Virus record (IMG/VR): IMGVR_UViG_3300014208_000031
Location: 64,001 to 128,000 of that record
Strand: one strand, 5' to 3'
DNA from: a virus
Length of the DNA: 64,000 nt
The notes under the pieces were generated by a model, which saw only the letters and a list, made by a program, of their open reading frames with translations, had not been told where the DNA came from and searched no databases. The position numbers and the translations under genes were made by a program. Positions 40,959-52,100 of the stretch are shown in pieces; position 1 is the stretch's first letter, and each line of letters opens with the position of its first letter.

Positions 40959-41417
40959 TTAGTTTAGTATTAAAGCTTCTACTATTTCTGGATTATTTAA
41001 TCGGAATTTTTTAGCGTCGGATTCACGGTCAAAGTAGAGATCGAGAATAGGCTCATTTCTTCCGTTTCTTCGACTGGCCAATCTTGATTTAACCGCTCCG
41101 CCAGTATCGCAAACGAATAAATTCAGTTTGATTTCTGGTATAAAAACCTTACTAAAATAAGGAATAATTTTAGGGTCAACAGCCGCCGAAACTTTATCTT
41201 TTAGTTTAATTCCGGTGGACGATTTACCTTTTTTAGTCCATTTGTCGCAACCTTTTTCCGTCCGAGAATAGGTCGTTAGACGAACCATAATTGCACGGGA
41301 TTTTGGATGTTTTGATAAATTTGTAAAATGTTTTGTATGTGGGTCGGCGGATGCACAACCGAAATTTAAACAAATTATTATCGAACTTAATATGATTTTT
41401 AATAGTGTAGTTTTCAT
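40959..41417 (-). CDS. 3D-domain (MltA-like) cell-wall hydrolase with signal peptide
   Basis: LTTYS, AAVDPKIIP, CDTGGAVK, LDLYF; hydrophobic N-terminus ending in FGC. Confidence 0.8.
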   Translation of the reverse strand: MKTTLLKIILSSIIICLNFGCASADPHTKHFTNLSKHPKSRAIMVRLTTYSRTEKGCDKWTKKGKSSTGIKLKDKVSAAVDPKIIPYFSKVFIPEIKLNLFVCDTGGAVKSRLASRRNGRNEPILDLYFDRESDAKKFRLNNPEIVEALILN

Positions 41418-41431
41418 CTTGAATTTACACT

Positions 41432-41460
41432 ATTCTAGCATGTTTGGAACCCAAAGTCAA
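41432..41460 (-). promoter_or_regulatory. Sigma70-like promoter TTGACT-N17-TAGAAT
   Basis: Near-consensus -35 and -10 with a TG extension. Similar TTGACT boxes at 47929 and 55410. Confidence 0.6.
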
Positions 41461-41494
41461 GATTTTACAGATGAAATGATTAAAAAGTTTAACT

Positions 41495-42142
41495 CTAGAT
41501 TTCTATCGAATAAAACTGTTTCCAGAGTATTTTAAAACACAATTCAATGTCTTTTAGGCTGTCATGTAAGTCTTCTTCTTTAAATTCTATGTTAAAGTGT
41601 CGGGCGCAAGCAGTTTGAGATGTTTTTAACCCGCGTTTAATGATAGTGGAAAGTTTATATTGCCAAGCTAGAAAATTAGACAAATCCGGTTGAAGACCTA
41701 AAAGGATCGCTTTTTGTATTAAATTTGTGTCGATAATTCGGTCAATATATGAATAATCTGGTTTTTTATTCAACGTTCTTCTCAAATTATTTAATTGATA
41801 AATATCAAATCCAAGAAAATTGGCTCCTACGATTCTATAATCCTTGTTGTAGAGATATGATTCAAAATGATTTAAAATTGGTTCTGGCGGCTGTTTTAAC
41901 TCATTATAGCGGTTTTGGTCAAACTTTGTAATCCGCGCGGCGTCCTTGCTTATTTGAAAATTCGGTATATCCAAATAATAATTATGTTTTTCTAAAATGT
42001 TTTTACCTTCACAAATTAAATAAGATAATTGAAATGGTCTAGAAAAATAGAGGTTGAGACTTTCTGTCTCAGTGTCGGCGACCAGATACTTCTGTTTGTC
42101 TTTGAACCTCAATAAATTTTGACCTAAATCGGATAAACTCAT
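41495..42142 (-). CDS. DEDDh 3'-5' exonuclease (DnaQ/epsilon-like)
   Basis: VADTETE, GANFLGFD, IIDT, LHDSLKDI. Confidence 0.85.
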   Translation of the reverse strand: MSLSDLGQNLLRFKDKQKYLVADTETESLNLYFSRPFQLSYLICEGKNILEKHNYYLDIPNFQISKDAARITKFDQNRYNELKQPPEPILNHFESYLYNKDYRIVGANFLGFDIYQLNNLRRTLNKKPDYSYIDRIIDTNLIQKAILLGLQPDLSNFLAWQYKLSTIIKRGLKTSQTACARHFNIEFKEEDLHDSLKDIELCFKILWKQFYSIEI

Positions 42143-44975
42143 TGCCAGTAAATATCTAAATAGTAAACCAAATCTACAAAAGGAATATCTTGTTCATATT
42201 TCGGCCCGTCTCCATTGATTCGGTTTGACCATTTTTGAGTTTTAGAATCGTAAGCCAATCCGTCCCCAACATCTTCATTTCTTACCAATAATTTATGTTT
42301 GTAAATTTTCTTATTAGGATTTTCTTTGGACCATTCAACTAATTTATCTAAAACTTCCGATAAATTATCTGGATTACTAGATTCGTATTTGTTAAATAAT
42401 AACCCGTAGCCTTTCCAATGTTTTTTAAATCTTTCTAATTCTATAGTATCTTTATTCATATTTTTTTAAAACAAACAATCAACATCTTCCTTGTCTGCCG
42501 GGTTTTCAATTTTTGGCTCTTCTACCTTAAAATAACTAATATCGTATTTTATTACCCCGCAATCCCCGCCGTGTTCATATAAATCATGTTTAGCTCCAGT
42601 AATAAAAAGCATGAAATCTAACTCTTCTTCTTTAAAGAACGTTCCATCCTCTCCATTCCCGGCGGACCATTCCCATTTATCGAATCCTTTATAGATAACC
42701 CGGCGGCCAGATTTCATATTTTCTATTTGAAAAAGTGTTTTATTCATAATTTTTAATATAATCCTTGTTTTCTCATTTTGTCAGAATAATCTATTGATTC
42801 ATTATAGTGTTTCCGCCATTTTTCTCCATCAACCCCCTTGTCCGCGCGGCCTTTTCTAATATCTCGTTCTATTTCAAACTGAACTAATTCTAAGTCTCCG
42901 CCGTGATAACTGTTTATTTGATAAATTTTAGATGGTTTTTCACCTTCAATTTTATAGATTAAACCCTGACACCCGCTTGGTAAAATACAAAACATAAATT
43001 CATAGGTTTTGCCGTTAATTATTCTTTTCATTAATTTTTGTTTCCATTTAAGTAAAACTCTTCTTCGTTTTTAGCGCAGCGTGGGCAAATCCAACCAGAA
43101 TATTCGCAGGTAAATTCAGTATCGGGAGTAAAATCTAATCGGGCGCGGCCACCTTCTTCTAGTTCCTTGTGGGCTATAAATCTACCGCAAAAATCACATT
43201 TTATTAGATTATTATTAGTTTTCACAGCTTCTCTACAAATTGGTTAAATTTATCGCCCACTTGTTTTAATTTCTTTTTTAGTAAAACTTTGAGCGCATCC
43301 GCCGAAATACTTGATTCTAAATCCGCCGGATTTTGTCCGTCTTTAGTGATTTTGATGTTATAATTATTAACTTTTATTTCCATATTAAACTTCTTTCTCT
43401 AATCAATTCTTGTTTTTTGTTTGAATAATATTGGTTATATCTTTCTGATTTGTCGGGAAATTTGAGAACGGGCGGCGAAGTATAAAAAGTCATATACCCG
43501 GAACATATTCCAGTGGCATAAAATGGTTGTGGCGTTTCATTATATCTTTTTTCTTCGGACTCTGCCCAATCTTTTGATTCATTTTCTATAACCCACATTT
43601 CGGGTTCAGTTAATTCACGGTTTTTAGTATATTTGCTAAAATCTGTAATTTTTACAAATGTATCATTATCTAAGTGTTTAAAAACTGTGGCGTCACGAGG
43701 CTTTATATTAGTTATTTTAAAATCATTGTCAATTAAGCTTTCAAAAGATGGATACATATTCAAAAAACTAAATTGAGTTGCGGAATAACCAACCACCATA
43801 GGCGGTTTTGGATGTTTTCTTTCGTAAGCAGAAATCCGCGCGGCCTTCCATGATTCTAATAGTCTTTGTAACATAATTTAATCTTGAATTTCATATTCAT
43901 TATCCCAATCAGAAGCTAGCCGGGCGAACTCTTTCCAAATTTCTTTATTATTAGTCTTTTCGGCTATAAACATAATTAAATCTTCTAATTTATTTACTTG
44001 AGAATTTAAATCCCCAATTCCAGATTCGTCATTATAATCAGAATAAACGCGCGGACGCAATTCATTAAATTCTACATATTTAGAATCTTGAACTTTATTT
44101 TTTACTAATTTAAAAATTTTCATCTATTATTAATTCTTTTTTATCTTTTCTAACAACAGAAACCGAAATTTTCCTATCTTTAATAAATAAATCCACGTAT
44201 AGGTCCGTAGGATTCGTATTAGTTAGTGCGGCTGTATTATTTTTAATTAAGTTTATTAAGTCCGCGTGGTTGTATAAAACCTTATTTAGTTTTAAGGACA
44301 CAGAATAATTACCTTTTCTCCGACTTTATCCGCGTGAATATCGTAAAATTCATCATACCCATGTTCTGTTACTTTTAACCAATCAGCGGCTACACGTAAT
44401 GGTAAATAACTATTTCCTTCCTCATCGCTTGATAACCAAATTTCTATATCATCGGGAAACTGTTTTAGATATTCAATTAGTTTTTGTTTAGTCATTTTAA
44501 CAAACTTCTTTAACTACTTTTAAATTCGTATTACTAATTATCTTGAAAAATTCTTCACCATGAGAGTTTCTATCAAATAAAATATCCGCGGACTTAATCG
44601 TTACTGTATTTTTCGTGTATTGTAAAAGTGTGCCATAATGTTCGACGGTACAACTTTCTAGCCACTGTGTTACATCAAGCTTTTTGGGATTAAAAGTAAC
44701 AGAAATTAGGAGTGGCACGTTATTTTTCTTTTGTTTATCGGTCATTCTAAGTTATATCCTTTTGCTTGAGCCGTAGGGTCGTTCAAATTACTGAATTCAT
44801 TCTTTAGTTTATTCAAAGTTTTTAAGTCCGCGCGGCTTTCATCTGGATTGATATACAAAAAATGCTGAATATTTTCTGATAACCATCCTTCTAAAAATTC
44901 TTCTTGATCTTTATTTCTAGATAAATTGTTGCAAGATTGCCAAATGTCTATTAAGTTAGATAATTTATCTGTCAT
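42139..44975 (-). other. Array of about 11 small hypothetical ORFs (42139, 42466, 42753, 43031, 43222..43383, 43374, 43878, 44110, 44292, 44497, 44742)
   Basis: Densely packed, co-oriented, with overlapping starts and stops; typical phage accessory region. Confidence 0.6.
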
Positions 44976-44979
44976 AGAT

Positions 44980-45747
44980 TTATTTTTTCTTATATACTTT
45001 TACAAAATCGACAATTAAACATTCTTCTGTTAAGACATCTGCCGGATTTCTTACCCAATCTTCTGTCGGGCCAACTTCAACTGAGATTATTAGAAACATT
45101 TTAGCTTTAGTATTTAAATTATTCACTTTCCAAGTTTTTTTACCGTCTACCATGAATTGAAAACCATTTTGATCCCAAAATAAAGAAAACGTATGAAATT
45201 GTTCGTCATCTAATTTAATTCCTAAGTTTGTAGTATCAATGGCCAAACATTTATGATAATTGTTATATCCGCCGTAATGAATTGTGGAATTTACTATATC
45301 TCCGATATATTTATTATTATAATCAAATTTTCTTGATTCTATCAAATCTATCTCCATTGCTTGGGAGCCGTTAAATTCTTCGTTGAGTCCGGCGGACTTA
45401 TTCCACAACCATAAATTTAACCAGACGCCCTCCACGGGTTTTAACTTTGCTCTAAACTCTATATACGAATTAACTCCTACTTCAAATTTATTTTCTGTTG
45501 TTACAATTGAACTAAAATGCCGGTTATTTTTAGTATAAGGTTGAATTATTAGTTTTCCATCTTTAATTTTAATAGCGTTTGGGGTATTAAAGGCTCCGAC
45601 ACGAAAACCGATTTCTGTAGTCCACTTAGACTTGTCAAAAAACTCAAAATTGTCTTCAAAAACTAATTTGTATTGACCACTACTACTTTCACAGATATTA
45701 TTCTGTAAAGCTAAAAAAACCAAAAGGATTATAATTGGCAGTTTCAC
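44980..45747 (-). CDS. Glycoside hydrolase family 16 with signal peptide
   Basis: Catalytic EIDLIE (ExDxxE); LVFEDNF, FHTFSLFW, FMVDG, VDFVKVY; hydrophobic N-terminus. Confidence 0.85.
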   Translation of the reverse strand: MKLPIIILLVFLALQNNICESSSGQYKLVFEDNFEFFDKSKWTTEIGFRVGAFNTPNAIKIKDGKLIIQPYTKNNRHFSSIVTTENKFEVGVNSYIEFRAKLKPVEGVWLNLWLWNKSAGLNEEFNGSQAMEIDLIESRKFDYNNKYIGDIVNSTIHYGGYNNYHKCLAIDTTNLGIKLDDEQFHTFSLFWDQNGFQFMVDGKKTWKVNNLNTKAKMFLIISVEVGPTEDWVRNPADVLTEECLIVDFVKVYKKK

Positions 45748-45762
45748 TCATAACTTTACACT

Positions 45763-47887
45763 TTAAGATTTATATTTTCCCAAGGTTCCATTATTACTTG
45801 CTTGTAACGCCTCGATTGAGGCTTGACGTGGACTTATAAATTTAATTTTAGACGGTTTTTCTGTTTCTATTATAATTTCCCCGACTTCTATCATTTTTTG
45901 AACTAAATGGTTTGCATATTGAGAAGGGAATTGGTCCGGCATATTATGAATTATATAATTTTTAGCTTCCTCAAAGTTTTTAAATATTAGTTGTTTTTTC
46001 ATAATTTTATTTAATAGACGTTTTGATTTGTGTTTTATTACAAATTTTACATTGTCTGGATTGAGATAATCTCCAATACGTATATCCAAATTCTTTACTT
46101 TCTAAAATTTTCCATTTATCCCAAGAATGTCCGAAAAAACATCCAAATAAATCAGTAAATAGATTGTTAGAATGACAGGTTGGAGTTTTGCCGTCTGTCC
46201 GGCGAATTGTCGGATGTTGGGTCGGTGGATTATCGTTGTGTTTATTCATATATTATTTTCCTGTGACTAAAAATTTAATAAAAAATAGTAATCCTAAAGA
46301 AAACCACCCGATTACAAACAATGGATAATCTCTGTATAAATCTGTAAAAATTTGAATCATAATTTTATTTCTACTAAAGTTCCTTCTTTTATAGCCGCCG
46401 AGATATAACTTAAAAACATAATTGCCTTATCTTGAAATTTAAGAGTGGAGTCGCCCAAATTTTCTAAGGGAACCGGGAATTTATATGTTTTATAACTTTT
46501 AGTTGTGTGATCGTCCCGCCCGATAGTATAATAAAAATATCCCTTTCTATATTCATGGAAAGTAACGGTATTATTTTTAACTAAATCTTTTAAGTTTGGT
46601 TTATTCATTATTTAGCTCTTTCTTTAAAACTATAGCCAAAGTTCGTCTAGTTTGAGCCACGGCGTCCCAAGCATTTGACGTAGTAGAAACAGATACTCTT
46701 AAAGATTCTGGGACTATTTCCCATCCTTCAGTTACTAATCTATTAACACGCTTTTCAAAATTTTCGCAATCAATATCGGATATTAACCAAGTTTTCATAA
46801 TATTTTCTTAAACTTTTCAATTTTATTAACTAACAACTCTACAATCTCACGAATTCCGGGGACTCCATAAGAGTCACCGTTCACTTCAAATTCAGTTAAA
46901 ACTTTTGAAGCTAATCGGCGGATTTCTGTATCGTCCGACGCCCAATCGCGCAGACTTTTGCAATAAAACTTTCTTAAATCATCAATAGGTATTTTTTCTA
47001 CCGATTCTTCTAGACTAAATAGATTATTTTGTTTAAAAAAGTTATTCATTTTAATTCTAATTCTAGCTGTTCTGGTATAACGTAAAATTCTCCGTCTACA
47101 ACTTGAGGATTTGGTATTTTGTTTATTATACTTTCAATAATCTTCTTTTTTAAGGGTCGCGCAGTCCAATTATTAAAACAAAACTGAATAACTCCGGGTT
47201 TGAGACTGTTTAAAGTGTCCGGCGAAACATTTAATTCGGGGGAAATCTTGCGGACAAGCGAAACCAAATAGATTTTATGTTTGTAACTTAGCTCTTGAAT
47301 ATTTATCATTCTACTACTTTCCAAGTTTCATTCTTTATTAAACCTTCTTCTTTTTTATTTTGATCAATAACCCATTGTCGGGCCGCGGCCAAACTATCAA
47401 AAACCATTCTATGTTTATTAAATCCATTAAGTGAATCCCCGGAATATTGATGCAGTGGACACCAAACTTCTTTTTCTATCTTTTTATTGTCTTTTACACA
47501 TACCCAATCCCAAAAACCTAGAGTTTCATACTCAATTTCTTTTTTTAAATATTCTATACCGAATTTAGTTCCGTTGGTTATAAATCTGATTGGATAGGAT
47601 TTATTCATAATTATTTAAGCTAAAACAGGCTCACCCAATTCTTTAATTTCAATACTATTGGCTAATTGAGTTAATTTATCCGCCAAATTTAGCAAATCTT
47701 CTTTAGTTACAGTATTTAAAACAATTTTAGTAGAAAAAGTTTCGTCCGTTCGTTGCCGCGCGGATATTTCCAGCGAGTTATAATTATAAGGAACAGTTTT
47801 CTTGCCAACCTTAAAAGAGCCTTGTGAGTTATTTAACGTTAAATCAATTATTGTGTCGTATTTGTTTATTGTGGTTTGTGTTTTCAT
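45763..47887 (-). other. Array of about 8 small hypothetical ORFs (45763, 46007, 46357, 46601, 46795, 47046, 47306, 47615)
   Basis: Packed co-oriented ORFs. 46601 is DUF1737-like (VNRLVTEGW). Confidence 0.6.
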
Positions 47888-47952
47888 AGTTTTAATTTTC
47901 TCTTTACTCTGCCATACTACTAGATGAAAGTCAAGGGGTTTGTTGAGAGTGA

Positions 47953-48822
47953 TTAAACTTTTTTATCTTTCTCCAAAAACGGAGAAACGGCATTGGGATA
48001 TTTTTCAATAATCTCGGCGGCTTTTTTATTCATTTCTTTTACCCATCCTTGTTTTACTTTCGGCGGGCGATCATCTACCCAATTTTCCAATAACATAGAA
48101 TCTCTTAATACTACTAAACATGCTATTGCTTTTGTTACGTGACTTAACCCTGAATCTTCATCAATATCCTCTCCTTCAAACCAACTTGTTATATGTCTGA
48201 AAATTGCGTCATAGTACACACTGGCTCTTACTCCACATGATCTATAGTTATGACGACCATATTTTCGCGCTCCTTCTAATAGAGCTAAACCAACTTCGGC
48301 GATAACAGGCGCGGGGACTGTGGAAAATGGAACTTTTTTTACGCCCACGGCATCTTTTGGATTTGTTTGTTTAGTTTTGTCGTTTAAAATTTCAAACTTT
48401 TCAGTTTCGTCTTCGTATTTAGTAGTTTTAGTATCTAAAGTGTGAGAGATTGAATTTATTACTCCTGATATATTTTCTTTACAATTATTGCAATAAAAAT
48501 AACCATCTCCAATAAAATCATCTATAAAAAATCCTTGTTTGCAAAGATGACAATAAATTTCTTTATCATATTTTGGCGGCGGAGGCGGCGGTAAAGTATT
48601 TCTCGGCGGAACATAGCTTCCTTTTGAAAGACAATTTTCTAGTCCATTTGAATTATAACATTTATAACAAATAAAAATTCCATCTTTAGTAATTCCTAAT
48701 CCAGATTTATCCCCGCATTTACATGTTTGGTATGGTTCCATATTTTTCTTAATATTTTCTATTTGTAATATTCTTGTTAAAGTTTTACCAAGTTGCCGCG
48801 CAGCTAAGATTATTTTATTCAT
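47953..48822 (-). CDS. dATP/dGTP diphosphohydrolase-domain (DUF5664) protein with N-terminal zinc ribbons
   Basis: NPKDAVG..K, GARKYGRHNYR, YYDAIFRH..W.EGED.D.DSGL.H, DDRP. Confidence 0.85.
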   Translation of the reverse strand: MNKIILAARQLGKTLTRILQIENIKKNMEPYQTCKCGDKSGLGITKDGIFICYKCYNSNGLENCLSKGSYVPPRNTLPPPPPPKYDKEIYCHLCKQGFFIDDFIGDGYFYCNNCKENISGVINSISHTLDTKTTKYEDETEKFEILNDKTKQTNPKDAVGVKKVPFSTVPAPVIAEVGLALLEGARKYGRHNYRSCGVRASVYYDAIFRHITSWFEGEDIDEDSGLSHVTKAIACLVVLRDSMLLENWVDDRPPKVKQGWVKEMNKKAAEIIEKYPNAVSPFLEKDKKV

Positions 48823-48963
48823 TTATATCTTTTTTATTCCACAATTATGACAAATATATCCATCCCACGCTTCTTCTCCGCATTGTTCGCAAGTGTCGAA
48901 AAATTCATTTAGGGAATCTTCGTCGTTTATAATATCGTTTTCTTCTTTTTCTTTATCGTTCAT
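48823..48963 (-). CDS. Small zinc-ribbon protein, not in the ORF track
   Basis: MNDKEKEEND...CEQCGEEAWDGYICHNCGIKKI. Confidence 0.55.
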   Translation of the reverse strand: MNDKEKEENDIINDEDSLNEFFDTCEQCGEEAWDGYICHNCGIKKI

Positions 48964-48966
48964 AAT

Positions 48967-49344
48967 TTATTTTTCACAATCACATTTAGTATGTCCGCAA
49001 GTTTCACATAATTTACCATAACTAGCCTGATATTGACTAATTGAATTACCGTTAAATCCGTGGCGTTGGGCCGCGCGGACTTCTAATAAATACAAACTGT
49101 TGTGAATATTATTTATAATACTTATATTCTCAGGACAAGGTATTTGATTTTGTAAATAAACAATTCGGTCTAGAACTGCGCGGAGAACACTTTGAATTGT
49201 AGTTCCGGGATAACTATTTTTATTTCCGGGGAATCGTTCTGGATTCTTTTCGTCGTGTCGTTTAACAAAAGTTAATGTTTGATCTAAATCTCCATCTAGA
49301 GTTAAAAGTTTATATTTGTGGCCGGGATCAATTATTTTTATCAT
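48967..49344 (-). CDS. Divergent Tad1-like protein
   Basis: PGHKY...L.FVKR...GTTIQSVL..VLDRI.YLQ...C.EN.....SL..L..R..QR; same layout as 29591..29974. Confidence 0.5.
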   Translation of the reverse strand: MIKIIDPGHKYKLLTLDGDLDQTLTFVKRHDEKNPERFPGNKNSYPGTTIQSVLRAVLDRIVYLQNQIPCPENISIINNIHNSLYLLEVRAAQRHGFNGNSISQYQASYGKLCETCGHTKCDCEK

Positions 49345-49346
49345 AT

Positions 49347-50039
49347 TTAAATACTTATACTTTTATATTTTTCTAGAACTTCTTTGAATCCTAACCGATG
49401 ACATTTTTCAGATAATGTTTCTTTCCATCCGTCATTTCCTTTTATAATATTTTTTACTAATCCGGGAACTTCTTTCCAAGATTCAAACCTTATGACATTA
49501 TTGGAGTTTTTAATGTTTTTATTCCAAGGCGCATTTGCCAATAAAATTTGTTTGTCGGGATGTTTAACCGCTTCGATAGCCAAATGTGGTGAATCATCTA
49601 TGTAAATAGAATAATCGAGATTTAATTTATCTGTAGCCGAAACTCTACCAAGACAATTTACTGAAGAAATTGGGCAATAAAATGGTTCATTTTTCCCTAC
49701 TCCATAATTATATATTACCCAATCCCAAATTGATTTTTCGGCGGATTTGCTATTAGCCGTGACTACATGAACTTGACAGTTCAAATTTCTAATTTTCCAC
49801 AACGAAGTAAAAATATGTTCGTCGTAGGGTTTTATCATTAAACGCCCTTCTCTGTCAAAATAATCTAAAATTCTATTAAATTGATCGTTATGGCCTAAGT
49901 CTTGCCAATAATCCCAAGTAATAATATGTTTATGGGTGTGATTTCCACCTGTTAAAATATTCATTATATCACAAACCGTTGACATTGTTCGACCTAAAAC
50001 GCCGTCAAAATCAAGTGAGATTTTTAATTGTTTATTCAT
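49347..50039 (-). CDS. HAD-family 5'(3')-deoxyribonucleotidase (NT5C-like)
   Basis: LDFDGVL, VVTA, K....YIDDSP, PWN. Confidence 0.85.
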   Translation of the reverse strand: MNKQLKISLDFDGVLGRTMSTVCDIMNILTGGNHTHKHIITWDYWQDLGHNDQFNRILDYFDREGRLMIKPYDEHIFTSLWKIRNLNCQVHVVTANSKSAEKSIWDWVIYNYGVGKNEPFYCPISSVNCLGRVSATDKLNLDYSIYIDDSPHLAIEAVKHPDKQILLANAPWNKNIKNSNNVIRFESWKEVPGLVKNIIKGNDGWKETLSEKCHRLGFKEVLEKYKSISI

Positions 50040-50409
50040 GTTTTATTATATTCTTTTTGGTTAAGGGATTTGTTAATCTTTTTACCATCCCATTTATCAC
50101 TTCTCGATTTTCGTCTCCGTCAACATCGTCATAATGGTCTTCGTATTCTACAATATATTTATATTTACCATTAGCTAATTGACTTACTTTTTTAATTACT
50201 CCATCCCATAATAACCAATCATTCGGCCACTTAAATTTAACTTTTTCACCGATATTAAATTCTTGTTTTTCGTTTTGATATTTATTAAATGCTTTATCAT
50301 ATTGTTTTCTTAAACTTTCAATAATATTATCTATTGGCATGGTATCAGGAGATTCATCTAGAAATTCAAATAATTGTTTGAAATCAGTATTTTTAAGTTC
50401 TATTTTCAT
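50032..50409 (-). CDS. Hypothetical protein with Tudor/SH3-like segment
   Basis: FNIGEKVKFKW...WDGVI...YIVEYED. Confidence 0.55.
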   Translation of the reverse strand: MKIELKNTDFKQLFEFLDESPDTMPIDNIIESLRKQYDKAFNKYQNEKQEFNIGEKVKFKWPNDWLLWDGVIKKVSQLANGKYKYIVEYEDHYDDVDGDENREVINGMVKRLTNPLTKKNIIKHE

Positions 50410-50867
50410 TGTTCACAAAGTATCAAATTTATTTCATTGCAGTCTTCAAAAACATACTTGAAAATATCTAAAACCGTTTTAGGATTCCCGCCCGCATTTA
50501 CGCAACCGAAAAGTCGGGGCGCGGCTACTGGTTTATCGTTTATTCCCATTTTTAGTATAAACTCTTTAATGTTTTCCATAGAAGTATTCATGGCTGAATA
50601 ATCTAAATGTTGTTTTTCTCGCCCGTACCTAAACTGAGAATAACTATTTATGATATTGTGAAACTGGTCTTCGTTGGCGAGGGCGAATGAGAATAACCCA
50701 AGCTTTTTGAAATCTGCGCGTTTTGTAAGCATGTCTGAACTAGCAGCGCGAGGATAACGTTTTTTAATTTTTAAAGCCAATCCTCGACCCATTGTATTTT
50801 GACAATTACAGCATTGAATTATAGTTCCAATACTTTTGTCAAAAATATCTATTTTTTTTAATTTCAA
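50406..50867 (-). CDS. Macro domain (ADP-ribose-processing) protein
   Basis: IIQCCNC..TMGRGLA..IK..YP, IINSYSQ..YG, PRLFGC..AGG. Confidence 0.85.
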   Translation of the reverse strand: MKLKKIDIFDKSIGTIIQCCNCQNTMGRGLALKIKKRYPRAASSDMLTKRADFKKLGLFSFALANEDQFHNIINSYSQFRYGREKQHLDYSAMNTSMENIKEFILKMGINDKPVAAPRLFGCVNAGGNPKTVLDIFKYVFEDCNEINLILCEQ

Positions 50868-51004
50868 TCATTTAGATAAAATCATTCATATAAGCCGCGC
50901 GGATATTTTTCTCGGTTGGCTCGATTCCAATGTTTTTGCAAATTTTAATACAGATTTTTTTGTCGTGATCTGAAATTTTACAATTACCATAAATATTTTT
51001 TGAT

Positions 51005-51274
51005 TTAATCTTTTTCATCTTTTAATAACTCTTCTTCATCTAAACATCCACAACTAATCAATTGGCCGTCGCATCGCGGGCAACGCTCTACATCGCAGCC
51101 CGGATGATGTCTATTACCATGTTTTATATTACAATCATGGCAACGACCATCAGGTTCATCGAAATGATAATTAGACGAAGGAAGCTTTTCACCGTCAGGA
51201 AATTCTACAAACAAATTCCACAAGCATTCATCAACTTTTAACATATCGTTTTCACAAAATTTACAATTAGCCAT
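51005..51274 (-). CDS. Cys/His-rich zinc-binding phage protein
   Basis: CHDC...G..HHPGCD.ERCP.C.GQLISCGC. Confidence 0.7.
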   Translation of the reverse strand: MANCKFCENDMLKVDECLWNLFVEFPDGEKLPSSNYHFDEPDGRCHDCNIKHGNRHHPGCDVERCPRCDGQLISCGCLDEEELLKDEKD

Positions 51275-51289
51275 AATTTTAATTTTAAT

Positions 51290-51751
51290 TTACTTTAAAG
51301 GGTCTATTCCGTTATCTTTTAATTTTTTATATTCTTTTAGTTTTTTAAACGCTACTTTATCCGCCCATTGTTCGCAAATTTTTAAATTATGATATAATTG
51401 CTGCCTTTTAATTGGGTCATTATATTGCTGGATATGGGCAAGTTCATGCCGAGTTGTAAAAACTGCCATACTCCAGAAGTCGCTAAAGGAATATTCACCG
51501 TGGTATCCCGTCCTAAGTTTTTTATCAGAACGAAGAGAAAATTCCAATGGATAGTGTTTTTTATTATAATCAAACCTTAGAATAACGTAAGGAATTGCGT
51601 AGTTACCATAATGAAAATCGCAACTCCAGAAAGTTTTACAATTTTTAACTATTATATCTGTATTATCTAAATTAAGGCTTTTTGGACGGCAAAATTCTAT
51701 AAGTTTTTCTAGCTTTTTGGTGGGAATTCGTGATTTATTGATTAAGGCCAT
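51290..51751 (-). CDS. Zincin-like metallopeptidase
   Basis: RHELAHIQQ followed by CEQWAD. Confidence 0.7.
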   Translation of the reverse strand: MALINKSRIPTKKLEKLIEFCRPKSLNLDNTDIIVKNCKTFWSCDFHYGNYAIPYVILRFDYNKKHYPLEFSLRSDKKLRTGYHGEYSFSDFWSMAVFTTRHELAHIQQYNDPIKRQQLYHNLKICEQWADKVAFKKLKEYKKLKDNGIDPLK

Positions 51752-51845
51752 GAAATTGAGGTTTAAAAGATTTAAGGTGTTGAAGTCTCTAAAACTTATA
51801 TCCTTTTGGATTGACCACTGAAAAAACTTTTAAATTGAGCCGCGT

Positions 51846-51882
51846 AAAAAAATAAAAGCCGGGTTAATTACTCCCGGCCTTT
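51846..51882 (-). terminator. Intrinsic terminator
   Basis: GCCGGG/CCCGGC stem followed by TTTTATTTTTTT on the minus strand. Confidence 0.85.
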
Positions 51883-51885
51883 AAC

Positions 51886-52100
51886 ATAAAACAGGTTGAT
51901 TTCTCAACTAATATGAGTCCCCTTGGATTAGCTCAAATTGGCTAGTCTCAGGCCAAGACACACCTACTCATAACTCTCTTGGTCATGTACGTCTATCCGT
52001 ACTGCTGTTTTATTTTTGCGCAAATCTAACTAATTAAGGATAAAAATCCTGCAACTGTTATAAATTTTGATTTATAAAACATTATTTTATTTAATCTTGC
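51886..52100 (-). ncRNA. Candidate structured ncRNA (unknown family)
   Basis: No ORF longer than about 18 codons; nested multi-stem fold with a GAAA tetraloop; two promoter motifs upstream and a terminator downstream. Confidence 0.6.

Noticed and set aside
47953-48822. Z-genome (2-aminoadenine) pathway suggested by the dATP/dGTP diphosphohydrolase domain
   Set aside because: No PurZ-like gene in the window, and the domain is common without it.
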